Origin: an uncultured Armatimonadetes bacterium
GTDB taxonomy: Bacteria > Armatimonadota > Hebobacteria > Hebobacterales > Hebobacteraceae
Length of the DNA stretch: 64,000 nt
Direction: 5' to 3'
NCBI GenBank assembly: GCA_963716175.1
Contig: OY970296.1
Location: 3,648,001 to 3,712,000, forward strand
The notes under the pieces were generated by a model that saw nothing but the letters and a program-made list of their open reading frames with translations, had not been told where the DNA came from and did no database searches. Position numbers and translations under genes: made by a program. The number at the start of each line of letters is the position of its first letter. Position 1 is the stretch's first letter. Below, piece by piece: positions 41,389 to 50,479 of this stretch.

Positions 41389-41910
41389 TCACCCACCAGT
41401 CTGTCTGCCCAGCAGCTCCCCCAGCTTCGACCACCGCTCATCCGCGGTATCTGCTGAGCAGCCGCACGGGCCTTCGTTCAGGTTCTTGCCACAGCTTGGG
41501 CAGATGCCGCGACAGTCCGGTCTGCAGACGAACGCCATCGGGACGCTGAGGGCAACCTGCTGGCGCACGGACTCCCCGGCGTCCAGCACATAGTCCGCAA
41601 TCGCCGCCTCCTCCGGCGCATCGCGATCTATGGTCTGCACATCTGGCGCCGTGCCTTCCGACGCGAATTCCTCCTCTACCTCCGCCTCGACCGGCTGCTC
41701 CACCTCCGTCAGGCACCGCACACAGGTGAGCTTGAGCACTGCCCTCAGCCTCCCCCTCACCAGCAGCAGGGAGCCGGTGTTCTCCACGGTCAACTCGCCA
41801 ATTACCGGCCCGACGCAGGAATATCCTTCGCCTGGAGCTACAGGTTCGGAGATGGGGTAACGGCCGCGCTCGCCCGGCGTGCCTGCAATGTCGGCTAGAT
41901 CGATCTTCAC
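41389..41910 (-). CDS. DUF177 (YceD) protein
   Basis: CVRCL, CRPDCRGICPSCG.NLNEGPC.C, DERWSKL; canonical position upstream of rpmF. Confidence 0.93.
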   Translation of the reverse strand: MKIDLADIAGTPGERGRYPISEPVAPGEGYSCVGPVIGELTVENTGSLLLVRGRLRAVLKLTCVRCLTEVEQPVEAEVEEEFASEGTAPDVQTIDRDAPEEAAIADYVLDAGESVRQQVALSVPMAFVCRPDCRGICPSCGKNLNEGPCGCSADTADERWSKLGELLGRQTGG

Positions 41911-41968
41911 TTTGGTGCCCAAGGGGCGCTGGTGAGGCCAACAGCACCCGCGCTGACCGCTGGGCTCT

Positions 41969-41996
41969 ATCATACACCGCGGTGAGGGCTTGTCAA
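41969..41996 (-). promoter_or_regulatory. sigma70-type promoter of the yceD-rpmF-plsX-fab operon
   Basis: TTGACA-16-TATGAT. Confidence 0.65.
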
Positions 41997-42080
41997 GCAT
42001 CGCCCCGAGGCGATCCGGAAAACGGGCAGCCAGCCCATTCGGGCTGGCTGACGAGGACCGGGCCGTCGTATCGGGGCCGG

Positions 42081-42530
42081 CTACTCGCTTTCGCCCTCCG
42101 CTGAGGGCTGCACCTCGCCCTGCTCCTGAGCTTGCTTCTGCAGCCGCGTGAAGAACCGCGTCTGATCCGGCGGGAAGAGCTGCTTGTCCACGAACCATTT
42201 CTGCGACCAGGCCGGCGCCGACCGGCGCATGTAGCGATCCGGCTTCCAGCGTGCCAGCAGCAGGCAATCGCCGGCCTCGGTGCGGACGACGCGTTGCTTG
42301 AAGATCAGGCCGTCGCAGATCGCGTCTGGCAGGTCCAGGGTGTGGTCAATGGGTAACACCTTTCGCCCGAAGTAGATCATGGCCGTGTTGTCTACATCGC
42401 TCACGCGATACGACTCTATCTCTTGCTTGACCGTGTTCTCCTTCCGCGTCAACCTGCGAGCGGAGAACCGATGCATGGGATGTCCCTCTCCCTCTGCCAG
42501 CATCCGCTTGATTGCATCCTGTGCGCTCAA
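42081..42530 (-). CDS. Hypothetical protein (149 aa)
   Basis: Strong SD AAGGAGG before TTG; protein-like composition; no family recognised. Confidence 0.75.
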   Translation of the reverse strand: MSAQDAIKRMLAEGEGHPMHRFSARRLTRKENTVKQEIESYRVSDVDNTAMIYFGRKVLPIDHTLDLPDAICDGLIFKQRVVRTEAGDCLLLARWKPDRYMRRSAPAWSQKWFVDKQLFPPDQTRFFTRLQKQAQEQGEVQPSAEGESE

Positions 42531-42885
42531 GAACGAGCCTCCTTTGGCCCCCGGCCCTTAGCCACGGCGGCAGCCAGCCCTCAAGGCGCGGCCGGCAAGC
42601 CCCATGGCCGAGCTGCCCGGCCAAGGCTGAGTGTAAAAGATCGTGCCGATCCGGCCCGACAGGCCTCGATCCAGCACCGTGTGCTCGTTAGGCAGAACCG
42701 CTATCCCCCCTAGCGTCCCCCTGGCCCGGAATGGCCGCCTATGCGGCCCGCCATCATAGGGTGAATTCGCCGCCGGCCCACACGAACCCTTCTCTCATGG
42801 GGTCAAGTGTGTGCTAGTCGCCGCCAGGCCTGTTCAGCCCGAAGTTCCGCCTGGCCTCCTGCAGGCAAGGGCTGTCTATGCCCGG

Positions 42886-44172
42886 TCACTCCGTCGGCAT
42901 GGTTACCGCTAGCACGAAATGGCGCAGCGCCTGCTGCGCCGCGGCCTGCACCCCGGCGGCGGCGACTGCCTGCACTGCCGCCGCGTAGCGCTCGCCGAAC
43001 CCCGCTCCGAGGCCCAGGACCTCGTACCAGGCCAGCGAGTAGGCCTGGTCTTTCATCCGCTGATGCGATAGGGCGTAGCTCCCCAGCAGATAGCGCTTGG
43101 CCTTTGCCAGCTCCTCGGGCGATACGGGCTCGCAGGCGATCGTGACGAGGGCATCGCGCAGCTTGGTCCTGACGAGCTCAATCTGACTGGGGTCCGTCAC
43201 CACGTAGACCGCGAGGTGGCTGGGACCCGCCAGCGTAGGGTAGAAGGTTGACACCTCATAGGCCAAGCCAAGCTCGTCGCGGAGCAGCCTGGGCAGGCGC
43301 GCGCTGGATCTGCCGCCCAGCAGGCTGTCGATGATCTGCATCTCGTAGTAGCCGGGTTCGCCTGCCGCGGGGGCGGGGAAGGCCAGCATCAGGTGGGCGC
43401 GCCGCACCGGCAATTCCCGAGCCACCACCTGTGACGAAGACAGAGATAGCGCCGGCTGCGGAGGACGGGGGCCTGCCGTGTTACCGGTCCAGTCGCCAAA
43501 GGCCCCGCGGACCGCCCGCGTCACCCGGGCCGAGGCGATCCCGCCGCACACCGCGAGCACCGCTCTTTCCGGCTGGTAGTAACGCTGGTGGAATGCCACC
43601 AACTCCTCCCGCGTCATGGAGGCGAGCGAGCTCGGGTCTCCGAAAACCGAGCGCGCGTAGGCATCGCCTCCGTACAGCGCCTGACGCAGCGCCAGATAGG
43701 TCTCCTGGAAACCATCCTCCTGGCCTGCTCGCGCCGTCTCCACGGCTGCCTGCCGCTGTCTCTCCACCTCCTCTGCCAGGAAGGCTGGGTGGCGAACCAT
43801 CTCCGCGACCATGCCCAAGGCCAGCTCGAATCCATCAGACGGCACCAGCGCGTAGATCTCGACATAGTCCAGGCCCAGCGAGGTGTCGGCCACCCCGCCG
43901 GCAGCGGCCAGCCGGCTTCCCATGCTGTCCCCGGTCTCGCTCACTGTGCCTCGCAGCAACAGCCGCTGCACCAGGCAGCGGACGCCGTTCCTGTCGGCAG
44001 GCTCGTCGCGGGCCGAGATGTCGAGCAGCAGATCAACCGCGACGATGTCGGTGCCAGGGTCATGGCGCGTCACGACTCGCAGGCCATTGGCCAGCGTGCC
44101 CCGCTCCACTTCCTGGCCGAGAGCGGCCGGCGCGGCGAGCGCCAGCGCGAGCAGCACCAGCATCCGCCTCAT
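42886..44172 (-). CDS. M16 peptidase, non-catalytic subunit
   Basis: TLANGLRV, LRDELGLAY; HxxEH replaced by CLVQR; signal peptide. Confidence 0.88.
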   Translation of the reverse strand: MRRMLVLLALALAAPAALGQEVERGTLANGLRVVTRHDPGTDIVAVDLLLDISARDEPADRNGVRCLVQRLLLRGTVSETGDSMGSRLAAAGGVADTSLGLDYVEIYALVPSDGFELALGMVAEMVRHPAFLAEEVERQRQAAVETARAGQEDGFQETYLALRQALYGGDAYARSVFGDPSSLASMTREELVAFHQRYYQPERAVLAVCGGIASARVTRAVRGAFGDWTGNTAGPRPPQPALSLSSSQVVARELPVRRAHLMLAFPAPAAGEPGYYEMQIIDSLLGGRSSARLPRLLRDELGLAYEVSTFYPTLAGPSHLAVYVVTDPSQIELVRTKLRDALVTIACEPVSPEELAKAKRYLLGSYALSHQRMKDQAYSLAWYEVLGLGAGFGERYAAAVQAVAAAGVQAAAQQALRHFVLAVTMPTE

Positions 44173-45497
44173 GGTTCTGACGCCCCGGGCCGCATCACCA
44201 CCCAGACCGGCTCGCCCGCGTACCAGGCTGCCACCCGGTCCATCTCCTCCGCGGTCACGCCCTGCACGTGAGGCAGGTACTGGGAGGCAGTGCGATAGCT
44301 GTCAATGGCCTCGTAGAAGCCCAGGGCCGCCGCGCGGTCAGGGGCGGTCTCGTTGGCGAAAGCGTACTCTCCCGCCAGCAGCTGCTTGGCTGCGGCCAGC
44401 TCCGCCGGGGCCACAGACTGCGAAGCGAGGCGGGACAGCTCGGCCCTGATCGCCTGCTTGACCTCGGGCAGCTTGTCCGGGTCGCAGATCGCCCACACCC
44501 CGAAAAGCCCCCGGTCGCGCTGAGTGAGGAAATCCACCCCCACACCCCTCACCAACCCGCGCTGCCCTTGCAGCTCTCGCACCAGGCGACCCACTTGGGG
44601 GTGTCCGAGGATGGTGGCGAGCACATCGCTGCCGCACACCCCCATCGGCTCCGAGACCGCGGGGCCAACGAAAACGGCCATCACATACGCCTCCCGCAGT
44701 GCGGTCTCGGCGACCTGCTCTCTGCCCGTCGGCGGCCTGGCGACTGTGGGCCAGCTACGCGGCGGCAGGGCCGCCGGCCTGAGCCCTGCGAAGATGCTCT
44801 CGACCTCCTGCAACGCGGCCCCGAAGTCCATCTTGCCAGTGACGATCACGGCCATGTTGTTGGGGACGTAACAGGTCTGATGGAACGAGGTGAGCTGGGC
44901 GCCGGTGATCTCTGACAGCGCGCGCTCATCCCCCTCAATGCGGCGGTGGTAGGGATGAGAGCTGCCATAGAGGGCCTCGAAGGCGAGGTCATTGAGCGCG
45001 GCGCGAGGCTGGTCCATCCGCTCGGCCGCCTCCTGCAGAATCACCGCTCGCTCCCGTGAGATCACCGCCTCGTCGAAGCTATCTCGCAGCACCATGGCGG
45101 CCAGGGCGTGCAGGGTGCGGGCAAGGTCGGAGGGCGGAACGGTGGCGTAGAAGCGCGTGAAATCGCGCAGCGTGCCGGCGTTGGTGACTCCGCCCACCTC
45201 CTCGATGGCGGCGCGAGGGTCACCCTCGTCGCCGCCCACCCAGCAGACGTGCTCCAGCAGGTGAGCCATGCCGGCCTGGTCGGGCGGGTCATCCGCGGAT
45301 CCGGTGCGCACCACGATCTCGACCGACACCACCGGCGCGGCCTCATCCTGACAGAGCACTACCCGCAGCCCGTTGCCCAGGGTCACTGCGCGAATGGCGC
45401 GCGGATCCAGCGCCTCGGCGCGGGCGGCTGCCGCCAGCAGCGCCAACCAGAGCGCGCCCAAGAGCGCACGCGGAAGGGAGCGGCCGATGCGGCTCAC
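44169..45497 (-). CDS. M16 zinc peptidase, catalytic subunit
   Basis: GMAHLLEH, NAGT, ERAVILQE, YVPNN; signal peptide. Confidence 0.9.
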   Translation of the reverse strand: MSRIGRSLPRALLGALWLALLAAAARAEALDPRAIRAVTLGNGLRVVLCQDEAAPVVSVEIVVRTGSADDPPDQAGMAHLLEHVCWVGGDEGDPRAAIEEVGGVTNAGTLRDFTRFYATVPPSDLARTLHALAAMVLRDSFDEAVISRERAVILQEAAERMDQPRAALNDLAFEALYGSSHPYHRRIEGDERALSEITGAQLTSFHQTCYVPNNMAVIVTGKMDFGAALQEVESIFAGLRPAALPPRSWPTVARPPTGREQVAETALREAYVMAVFVGPAVSEPMGVCGSDVLATILGHPQVGRLVRELQGQRGLVRGVGVDFLTQRDRGLFGVWAICDPDKLPEVKQAIRAELSRLASQSVAPAELAAAKQLLAGEYAFANETAPDRAAALGFYEAIDSYRTASQYLPHVQGVTAEEMDRVAAWYAGEPVWVVMRPGASEP

Positions 45498-46507
45498 GCT
45501 AATCGCGCAAGCTGGTCGGCCGTGACGGCCCCCGGCGGCGTCTTCCCCGCGCAGACCAGGCGGATGTTTCTGACTGCGCCCAGCGCCATCTCCCAGTATC
45601 GCTCCCGCACCGGCCCCGAGATGTGGGGAGTGAGGATGACATTGGGGAGCTCCCGCAGCGGGTGGTCGGAGGGCAGCGGCTCCTGCGGGTCGAAGACGTC
45701 GAGCGCGGCGCTGAACCGGCCGGTCCTCAGCTCCGCCACCAAGGCCTCGGTGTCAATCAGCGCGCCGCGGGCGGTGTTCACGAGCACACTACCCTCGGGG
45801 ATCAGGCGCAGGCGCTCCGCGTTCAGCAGATGGCGCGTCGAGGGGATGCTGGCGGCGTGCAGCGAGATCACCCGGCAGGTGGTCAGGATTTGCTCCAGGG
45901 AAGCCGCCTTGCCGCCGAACTTCGCCATCACCGCCGGCTCCACATGGGGATCGTGGATGAGCAGGGTCGCTTTGAAAGGCCTCAGCAGGCGCGCGAATTC
46001 GCGGCCGGTTGACCCGAAACCAATCAGCCCCACCCGCTGTTCCAGCAGCGTTCGCGGGGACCCAACACTGGGGTCATTCCAGCCATGGCCCTCCTTCAGC
46101 ACGCGGTCGTGACGCGCCAGGTCGCGCAGGGAGGCCAGGGTCACCGCCAGCGCCATCTCGCCCACGTAACGGGCGATCACCGGGGCCGCGCTGGTGACCA
46201 CGATCCCGCGCTCGAACACGGCCTCGCTCACAAACGGCTTCACCGTGCCCGCGGCGTGGGCGATGATCTTCAAGTTGGGAGCAGCGGCCACCACCTCGGG
46301 CGTGAAGCGCGGCGACCCCCAGGTAGTGATGCAACCGACCGCCTCGGCCGCTCTCTCCCGCAGCTCGGCCTCCGTCAGATTACGGCCGAGGTCGTTGTAG
46401 CGCGCATCTGCGAACCTCGCCAGCTCCCGCCGCACGCGGTCGGTGAAGAGGTCCCGGAACAGCTCTCCATGGGCCAGCACCAGCACTTTCGGTTTGATTC
46501 GTGGCAC
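45494..46507 (-). CDS. D-isomer-specific 2-hydroxyacid dehydrogenase family protein
   Basis: GLIGFGSTG, VNTARG, LDVFDPQEP, TPHISG. Confidence 0.92.
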   Translation of the reverse strand: MPRIKPKVLVLAHGELFRDLFTDRVRRELARFADARYNDLGRNLTEAELRERAAEAVGCITTWGSPRFTPEVVAAAPNLKIIAHAAGTVKPFVSEAVFERGIVVTSAAPVIARYVGEMALAVTLASLRDLARHDRVLKEGHGWNDPSVGSPRTLLEQRVGLIGFGSTGREFARLLRPFKATLLIHDPHVEPAVMAKFGGKAASLEQILTTCRVISLHAASIPSTRHLLNAERLRLIPEGSVLVNTARGALIDTEALVAELRTGRFSAALDVFDPQEPLPSDHPLRELPNVILTPHISGPVRERYWEMALGAVRNIRLVCAGKTPPGAVTADQLARLA

Positions 46508-46815
46508 TTTGGTATCCTATCGGGGTGGAATGTAAACCGCTCCTCTCGCCGGACACCGGGCCCTCTCGCGCCTGGTCAGGAAGGGAGACCGTTCGAGCGG
46601 CGCGGGACCGGCCCGGGGTCCCTGGCGTCGCTCCGGTCTTCTGCAGCCCCTCTCCTCTGTCCTCTCGAAAGCGCGAACACGGCAGGAAAGGCCGCCTTCC
46701 CGGCCAATGCTAGACAGGTGATGAACGCTGGCGTGCCCACTCGCGTCAGCAGGCGGCCGCCCTCTTGCCGAGCACAGGCCTGGCGGGTGGACGCGGGGCT
46801 GCTTGAGAGGTCTCT

Positions 46816-47547
46816 GTGAGTCGGGTTTCCAGGTGCAAGTTCTGCGGCGCCTTCATTCAGGAGGAGGACCACTTCTGCTGGTCCTGCGGGTCAGCGCTCC
46901 AGCTTCCAGAGGCGCCCCCGCCCGGCCGGCCAGGCCCGCCCCCGGAGCTGAGGCCTGACCTCCAGCTCACGTTGCGCCGCGCCTTCCTGGCCCAGCGCCG
47001 CGGCCACCCCGACGAGGCCGAGAAGCTGGTGCGGGAGGCGCTGGCCCGGGAGCCGGACAACGTCTCCGCGCTGGCTATGCTGTCGGAGATGCTGCGCGCC
47101 AGGGGCGACCTGGTGGGCGCGGTGGATGCCGTTCAGCGCGCCACTGAGGCCGCCGCGGCCGGCGGCGCGGCACCAGAGGGCGCGCTGCAGCGGGCGAGAG
47201 AGGAGCGGACGCAGATCGAGCGGGACGTGCTGGGCGATCTGGGCGAGCTCTCCGACGGGGACTGGAACCCCCTCACTTTGTTCACCGCCACTGGCCTGGT
47301 CTGGTATCAGTCCGGGCGGTTCTACCTGGCGCTGGCGGCGATCGGATTCGTCGGGCTCTTGCTGGCGCTGGTGTCGCTGCTGCGCGGTGGAGCTCTGGGC
47401 TATCTGTGGTTCGGGGTGAGCTTGGTGGCGGCAGGATGGTGCTACTATGACGCGGAAACCCGGAGGGAATCCGGCCTCTTCTGGGGCCCGTTCGTGCTCT
47501 GCCTGGGCCCCTTCGGCCTTGCCATCTATCTGCTGGTGAGATATTAG
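46816..47547 (+). CDS. Zinc-ribbon + TPR membrane protein
   Basis: CKFCG...FCWSCG; TPR-like helices (EALAREPDN); three C-terminal TM segments. Confidence 0.75.
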   Translation: MSRVSRCKFCGAFIQEEDHFCWSCGSALQLPEAPPPGRPGPPPELRPDLQLTLRRAFLAQRRGHPDEAEKLVREALAREPDNVSALAMLSEMLRARGDLVGAVDAVQRATEAAAAGGAAPEGALQRAREERTQIERDVLGDLGELSDGDWNPLTLFTATGLVWYQSGRFYLALAAIGFVGLLLALVSLLRGGALGYLWFGVSLVAAGWCYYDAETRRESGLFWGPFVLCLGPFGLAIYLLVRY

Positions 47548-47591
47548 GGCGCGCGGGCACGAGTCGCGCCCGCGTCCTGCGAGGGTAAGGG

Positions 47592-48560
47592 ATGCAGACC
47601 ATCGGTGTGTTCACCAGCGGCGGAGATGCCCCCGGCATGAATGCCTGCCTCCGGGCGGTGGTGCGCACCGCCATCCATGCCGGCTGCCGGATGGTGGGGA
47701 TCCGCCGCGGCTATGCCGGAATGCTGGCCGGCGAGTTCGAGGAGATGCCGGCCACCGCGGTCTCGAACATCATCCAGTTCGGCGGCACCATCCTCAAGAC
47801 CGCGCGCTGCGAGGAGTTCTTCCATCCGGAGGGCCGGGCGATGGCGGCGGCGCAGGTGCGCCAGGCCGGCATCGAAGGCCTGATCGCCATCGGCGGCGAC
47901 GGCACTTTCCACGGGGCGCACGCGCTCTGGCTGGAGCACCACATTCCGATCATTGGCCTCCCCGGCACCATAGACAATGATGTCTACGGGACTGATTGCA
48001 CCATCGGTTATGACACTGCGGTGAATACCGCACTGGACGCGATTGACCGTATCCGCGATACTGCCACCAGTCACGATCGCCTGTTCTTCGTGGAGGTGAT
48101 GGGCCGGCGCGCTGGCTTCATTGCGCTCACCGTGGGCGCCGCCGGTGGCGCCGAGCTGATCTTGATTCCGGAAACCAGGGTCCTTCCCCGGCAGATTTAC
48201 GATACCATCGCCGCGGGCCTGGCCCGGGGCAAGACCAGCAGCATCATCGTGGTGGCGGAGGGAGATGAGCAAGGAGGGGCCCTGGAGATCGCCCGCAAAG
48301 TGGGCCAACTCGGCGGCCTGGACATCCGCGTCACCATCCTGGGCCACGTGCAGCGGGGCGGCAAGCCCACCGCCCACGATCGGGTGCTCGCCAGCCAGCT
48401 CGGAGCGGCCGCCGTGCACGCTTTGCTGGAAGGGGATTCGGACAAGATGATCGGTCGGGTCAACCACCAGATAGTGCGCACCGCGCTGCCCGAGACCTGG
48501 GAGAAGAAGAAGACGATTGACCGGGGCCTCTACGACCTGGCCGCAGTGCTCGCCACGTGA
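47592..48560 (+). CDS. pfkA: 6-phosphofructokinase
   Basis: TSGGDAPGMNA, GGDGT, PGTIDND, EVMGR, LGHVQRGG. Confidence 0.97.
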   Translation: MQTIGVFTSGGDAPGMNACLRAVVRTAIHAGCRMVGIRRGYAGMLAGEFEEMPATAVSNIIQFGGTILKTARCEEFFHPEGRAMAAAQVRQAGIEGLIAIGGDGTFHGAHALWLEHHIPIIGLPGTIDNDVYGTDCTIGYDTAVNTALDAIDRIRDTATSHDRLFFVEVMGRRAGFIALTVGAAGGAELILIPETRVLPRQIYDTIAAGLARGKTSSIIVVAEGDEQGGALEIARKVGQLGGLDIRVTILGHVQRGGKPTAHDRVLASQLGAAAVHALLEGDSDKMIGRVNHQIVRTALPETWEKKKTIDRGLYDLAAVLAT

Positions 48561-48566
48561 TGCGCT

Positions 48567-48643
48567 GTAGGGCGGGCATGTGGCTAGGCTTGGGCCGCCA
48601 TGGCGGTCGCCTCCGGCAACCTAGCCATCCGCGCATGCCCGCC
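48567..48643 (+). repeat. GTAG REP with a second palindromic element nested in its loop
   Basis: GTAGGGCGGGCATG-[TGGCTAGG...CCTAGCCA]-..GCATGCCCGCC. Confidence 0.75.
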
Positions 48644-48662
48644 GTGCGAAAGGAGATCTCGC

Positions 48663-49562
48663 ATGCTGGTAGCATCCAAGGAATTGGTGGGGCCGGCCCG
48701 CGCCGGAGGCTATGCGGTGGGGGCGTTCAACGCGGTGAACATGGAGAGCGCCCAGGCCATCTTCGCCGCCGCCGAGGAGACGCGATCCCCCTTCATCATC
48801 CAGATCACGCAGACCACCCTGAGCTACACCGAGCCCGAGGAGCTGTTCGCGTTGATTGCGGCCCAGGGTAAGAAGGCGAAGGTGCCCTTCGCCGTTCACC
48901 TCGACCATGGGCGAAGCTTCGACGTCTGCATGCGGTTCCTCCGGCTGGGGGTCACCTCGCTGATGATAGACGGCTCCCTCCAGGAGGACGGCAGGACGCC
49001 CCGGTCATATGAAGAGAATGTGGAGGTGACGCGCCGGGTGGCCGCGGCCGCCCACGCCATGGGGGTGACGGTGGAGGCGGAGATCGGCCGGCTGGGCCAG
49101 GTGAGCACCGAAGCCGACGCCGCCGAGCACCTCACCATCGCGGACGAGGCGGTCCGCTTCTTCAACGATGCCGGGGTGGACATGCTGGCGGTGGCCATCG
49201 GCACCACCCACGGCCTGTTCAAGGGCCGGCCTCACATCGCCCATGACCGCCTCCAGCAGATCGCGGCCCGCGTCCCCATCCCCCTGGTGATGCACGGCGG
49301 CACCGGCGTCCCGGACGAGGATGTGCGCAAGGCGGTCTCGCTGGGCATCGCCAAGGTCAATATAGACACGCAGATCCGCGTCGCCTTCTATGAAGCCGTC
49401 ATCGAGCAGGTGCACCGGGTGGAGAAAGAGTTCGCCGACACGGATGCGGCCGGCGGGGTGAGGAGATACGATGTCCGTAAGATCCTGGCACCCACCCGGG
49501 AGGCGATGCGGCAGGCCGTGATTGGCCGCATGACCGTCTTCGGCTCGGCCGGAAAGGCATAG
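48663..49562 (+). CDS. fba: Class II fructose-bisphosphate aldolase
   Basis: GAFN, HLDHG, MIDGS, EAEIG, AIGTTHG, MHGGTG, KVNIDT. Confidence 0.93.
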   Translation: MLVASKELVGPARAGGYAVGAFNAVNMESAQAIFAAAEETRSPFIIQITQTTLSYTEPEELFALIAAQGKKAKVPFAVHLDHGRSFDVCMRFLRLGVTSLMIDGSLQEDGRTPRSYEENVEVTRRVAAAAHAMGVTVEAEIGRLGQVSTEADAAEHLTIADEAVRFFNDAGVDMLAVAIGTTHGLFKGRPHIAHDRLQQIAARVPIPLVMHGGTGVPDEDVRKAVSLGIAKVNIDTQIRVAFYEAVIEQVHRVEKEFADTDAAGGVRRYDVRKILAPTREAMRQAVIGRMTVFGSAGKA

Positions 49563-49565
49563 CTC

Positions 49566-49591
49566 GTAGCGGCGTGATTCATCACGCCCAC
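49566..49591 (+). repeat. Single REP hairpin (second GTAG family)
   Basis: GTAGCGGCGTGATTCATCACGCCC. Confidence 0.65.
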
Positions 49592-49603
49592 GTGGAGGAG
49601 CGT

Positions 49604-50290
49604 GTGAGTCTGGGGCTCGCGGTGGTGATCATCGGCCTGGATCGCGAGCCCACCGCCAGCCTCGCGGCCGACGTGCGGCGGCTCGGCTACCGCGCGGAAG
49701 TAATCGCCTGGCCCTTTCCTCAGCCCTGGAGGGCGGGCATACCTAGGCCCGCCGCGGTGCTGGTGGATTTCCGCCTCCTGGGGGCGGAGGCGGGCCGGGC
49801 CTGTCAGGCGGTACGGGAAGACCCAGGGCTGCGCCAGGCGCCGCTGGTCGCGGTCGTCCCCGAGCAAGAGGCGGCGCGGCTTGACCTCTCCCTCGGCTTC
49901 GATGACCTGATTCTGTCCCCCTATCGGCTGTCCGAGCTCGCCTCCCGCCTGAGGCTCGTGCGATGGCGCACCGAAGGCGACTCCTCCAACCAGGTGATTC
50001 GTGCCGGCAGACTCAGCCTCAATCAGGTCACCTATCAGGTGGCGATCGCGGGCCGCGCGGTTGAGCTCACCCTGAAGGAGTACCAACTGCTGCTGTTTCT
50101 GATGCGGCAGCCGGGTCGTGTCTTCACCCGGGAGGAGCTGCTCTACCATGTCTGGGGCGACTCCTACTTCGGGGGCACACGCACCGTGGACGTCCACGTG
50201 CGCCGCCTTCGGGCGAAGACCGAGCAGGCCGGCAACCTGATCGAGACCGTGCGCGGGGTGGGCTATCGCTTCACCTCGCCGGAAGGGTAG
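49604..50290 (+). CDS. OmpR-family orphan regulator, GlnR-like
   Basis: Atypical receiver lacking the N-terminal acidic pair and Lys (DDLILSP); LTLKEYQLL, GGTRTVDVHVRRLR, TVRGVGY; adjacent to glnA. Confidence 0.8.
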   Translation: MSLGLAVVIIGLDREPTASLAADVRRLGYRAEVIAWPFPQPWRAGIPRPAAVLVDFRLLGAEAGRACQAVREDPGLRQAPLVAVVPEQEAARLDLSLGFDDLILSPYRLSELASRLRLVRWRTEGDSSNQVIRAGRLSLNQVTYQVAIAGRAVELTLKEYQLLLFLMRQPGRVFTREELLYHVWGDSYFGGTRTVDVHVRRLRAKTEQAGNLIETVRGVGYRFTSPEG

Positions 50291-50338
50291 GGACGCAGTT
50301 CATGGCGCCCCACGGGGCGTGGTGAATAACGCCCCTAC
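50287..50338. repeat. REPIN (inverted REP pair), copy 1
   Basis: GTAGGGACGCAGTTCATGGCGCCCC...GGGGCGTGGTGAATAACGCCCCTAC; its GTAG supplies the regulator's stop codon. Confidence 0.85.
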
Positions 50339-50351
50339 ATTTCTCGCCTTC

Positions 50352-50383
50352 GAAACATGCCGGAAACATGGCCCTGTTATCAT
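50352..50383 (+). promoter_or_regulatory. Putative GlnR box and extended -10 of glnA
   Basis: GAAAC-n6-GAAAC direct repeat (11-bp period) followed by TGtTATCAT. Confidence 0.6.
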
Positions 50384-50391
50384 GGGTCGGC

Positions 50392-50443
50392 GTAGGGGCG
50401 CAGTTCATTGCGCCCCACGGGGTGTGACGAATCACGCCCCTGC
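50392..50443. repeat. REPIN, copy 2 (in glnA leader)
   Basis: GTAGGGGCGCAGTTCATTGCGCCCC...GGGGTGTGACGAATCACGCCCCTGC. Confidence 0.85.
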
Positions 50444-50479
50444 AAGGACCACACACCTCAACAGACAAGGAGCAGCACC

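Noticed and set aside
50287-50443. Repeat-spacer-repeat pattern suggesting CRISPR
   Set aside because: Only two imperfect units with GTAG...CTAC REPIN architecture, and no cas genes.
50392-50443. Twin hairpins in the glnA leader as an ANTAR target
   Set aside because: Loops do not fit the AnnG hexaloop, and the same sequence recurs as a REP elsewhere.
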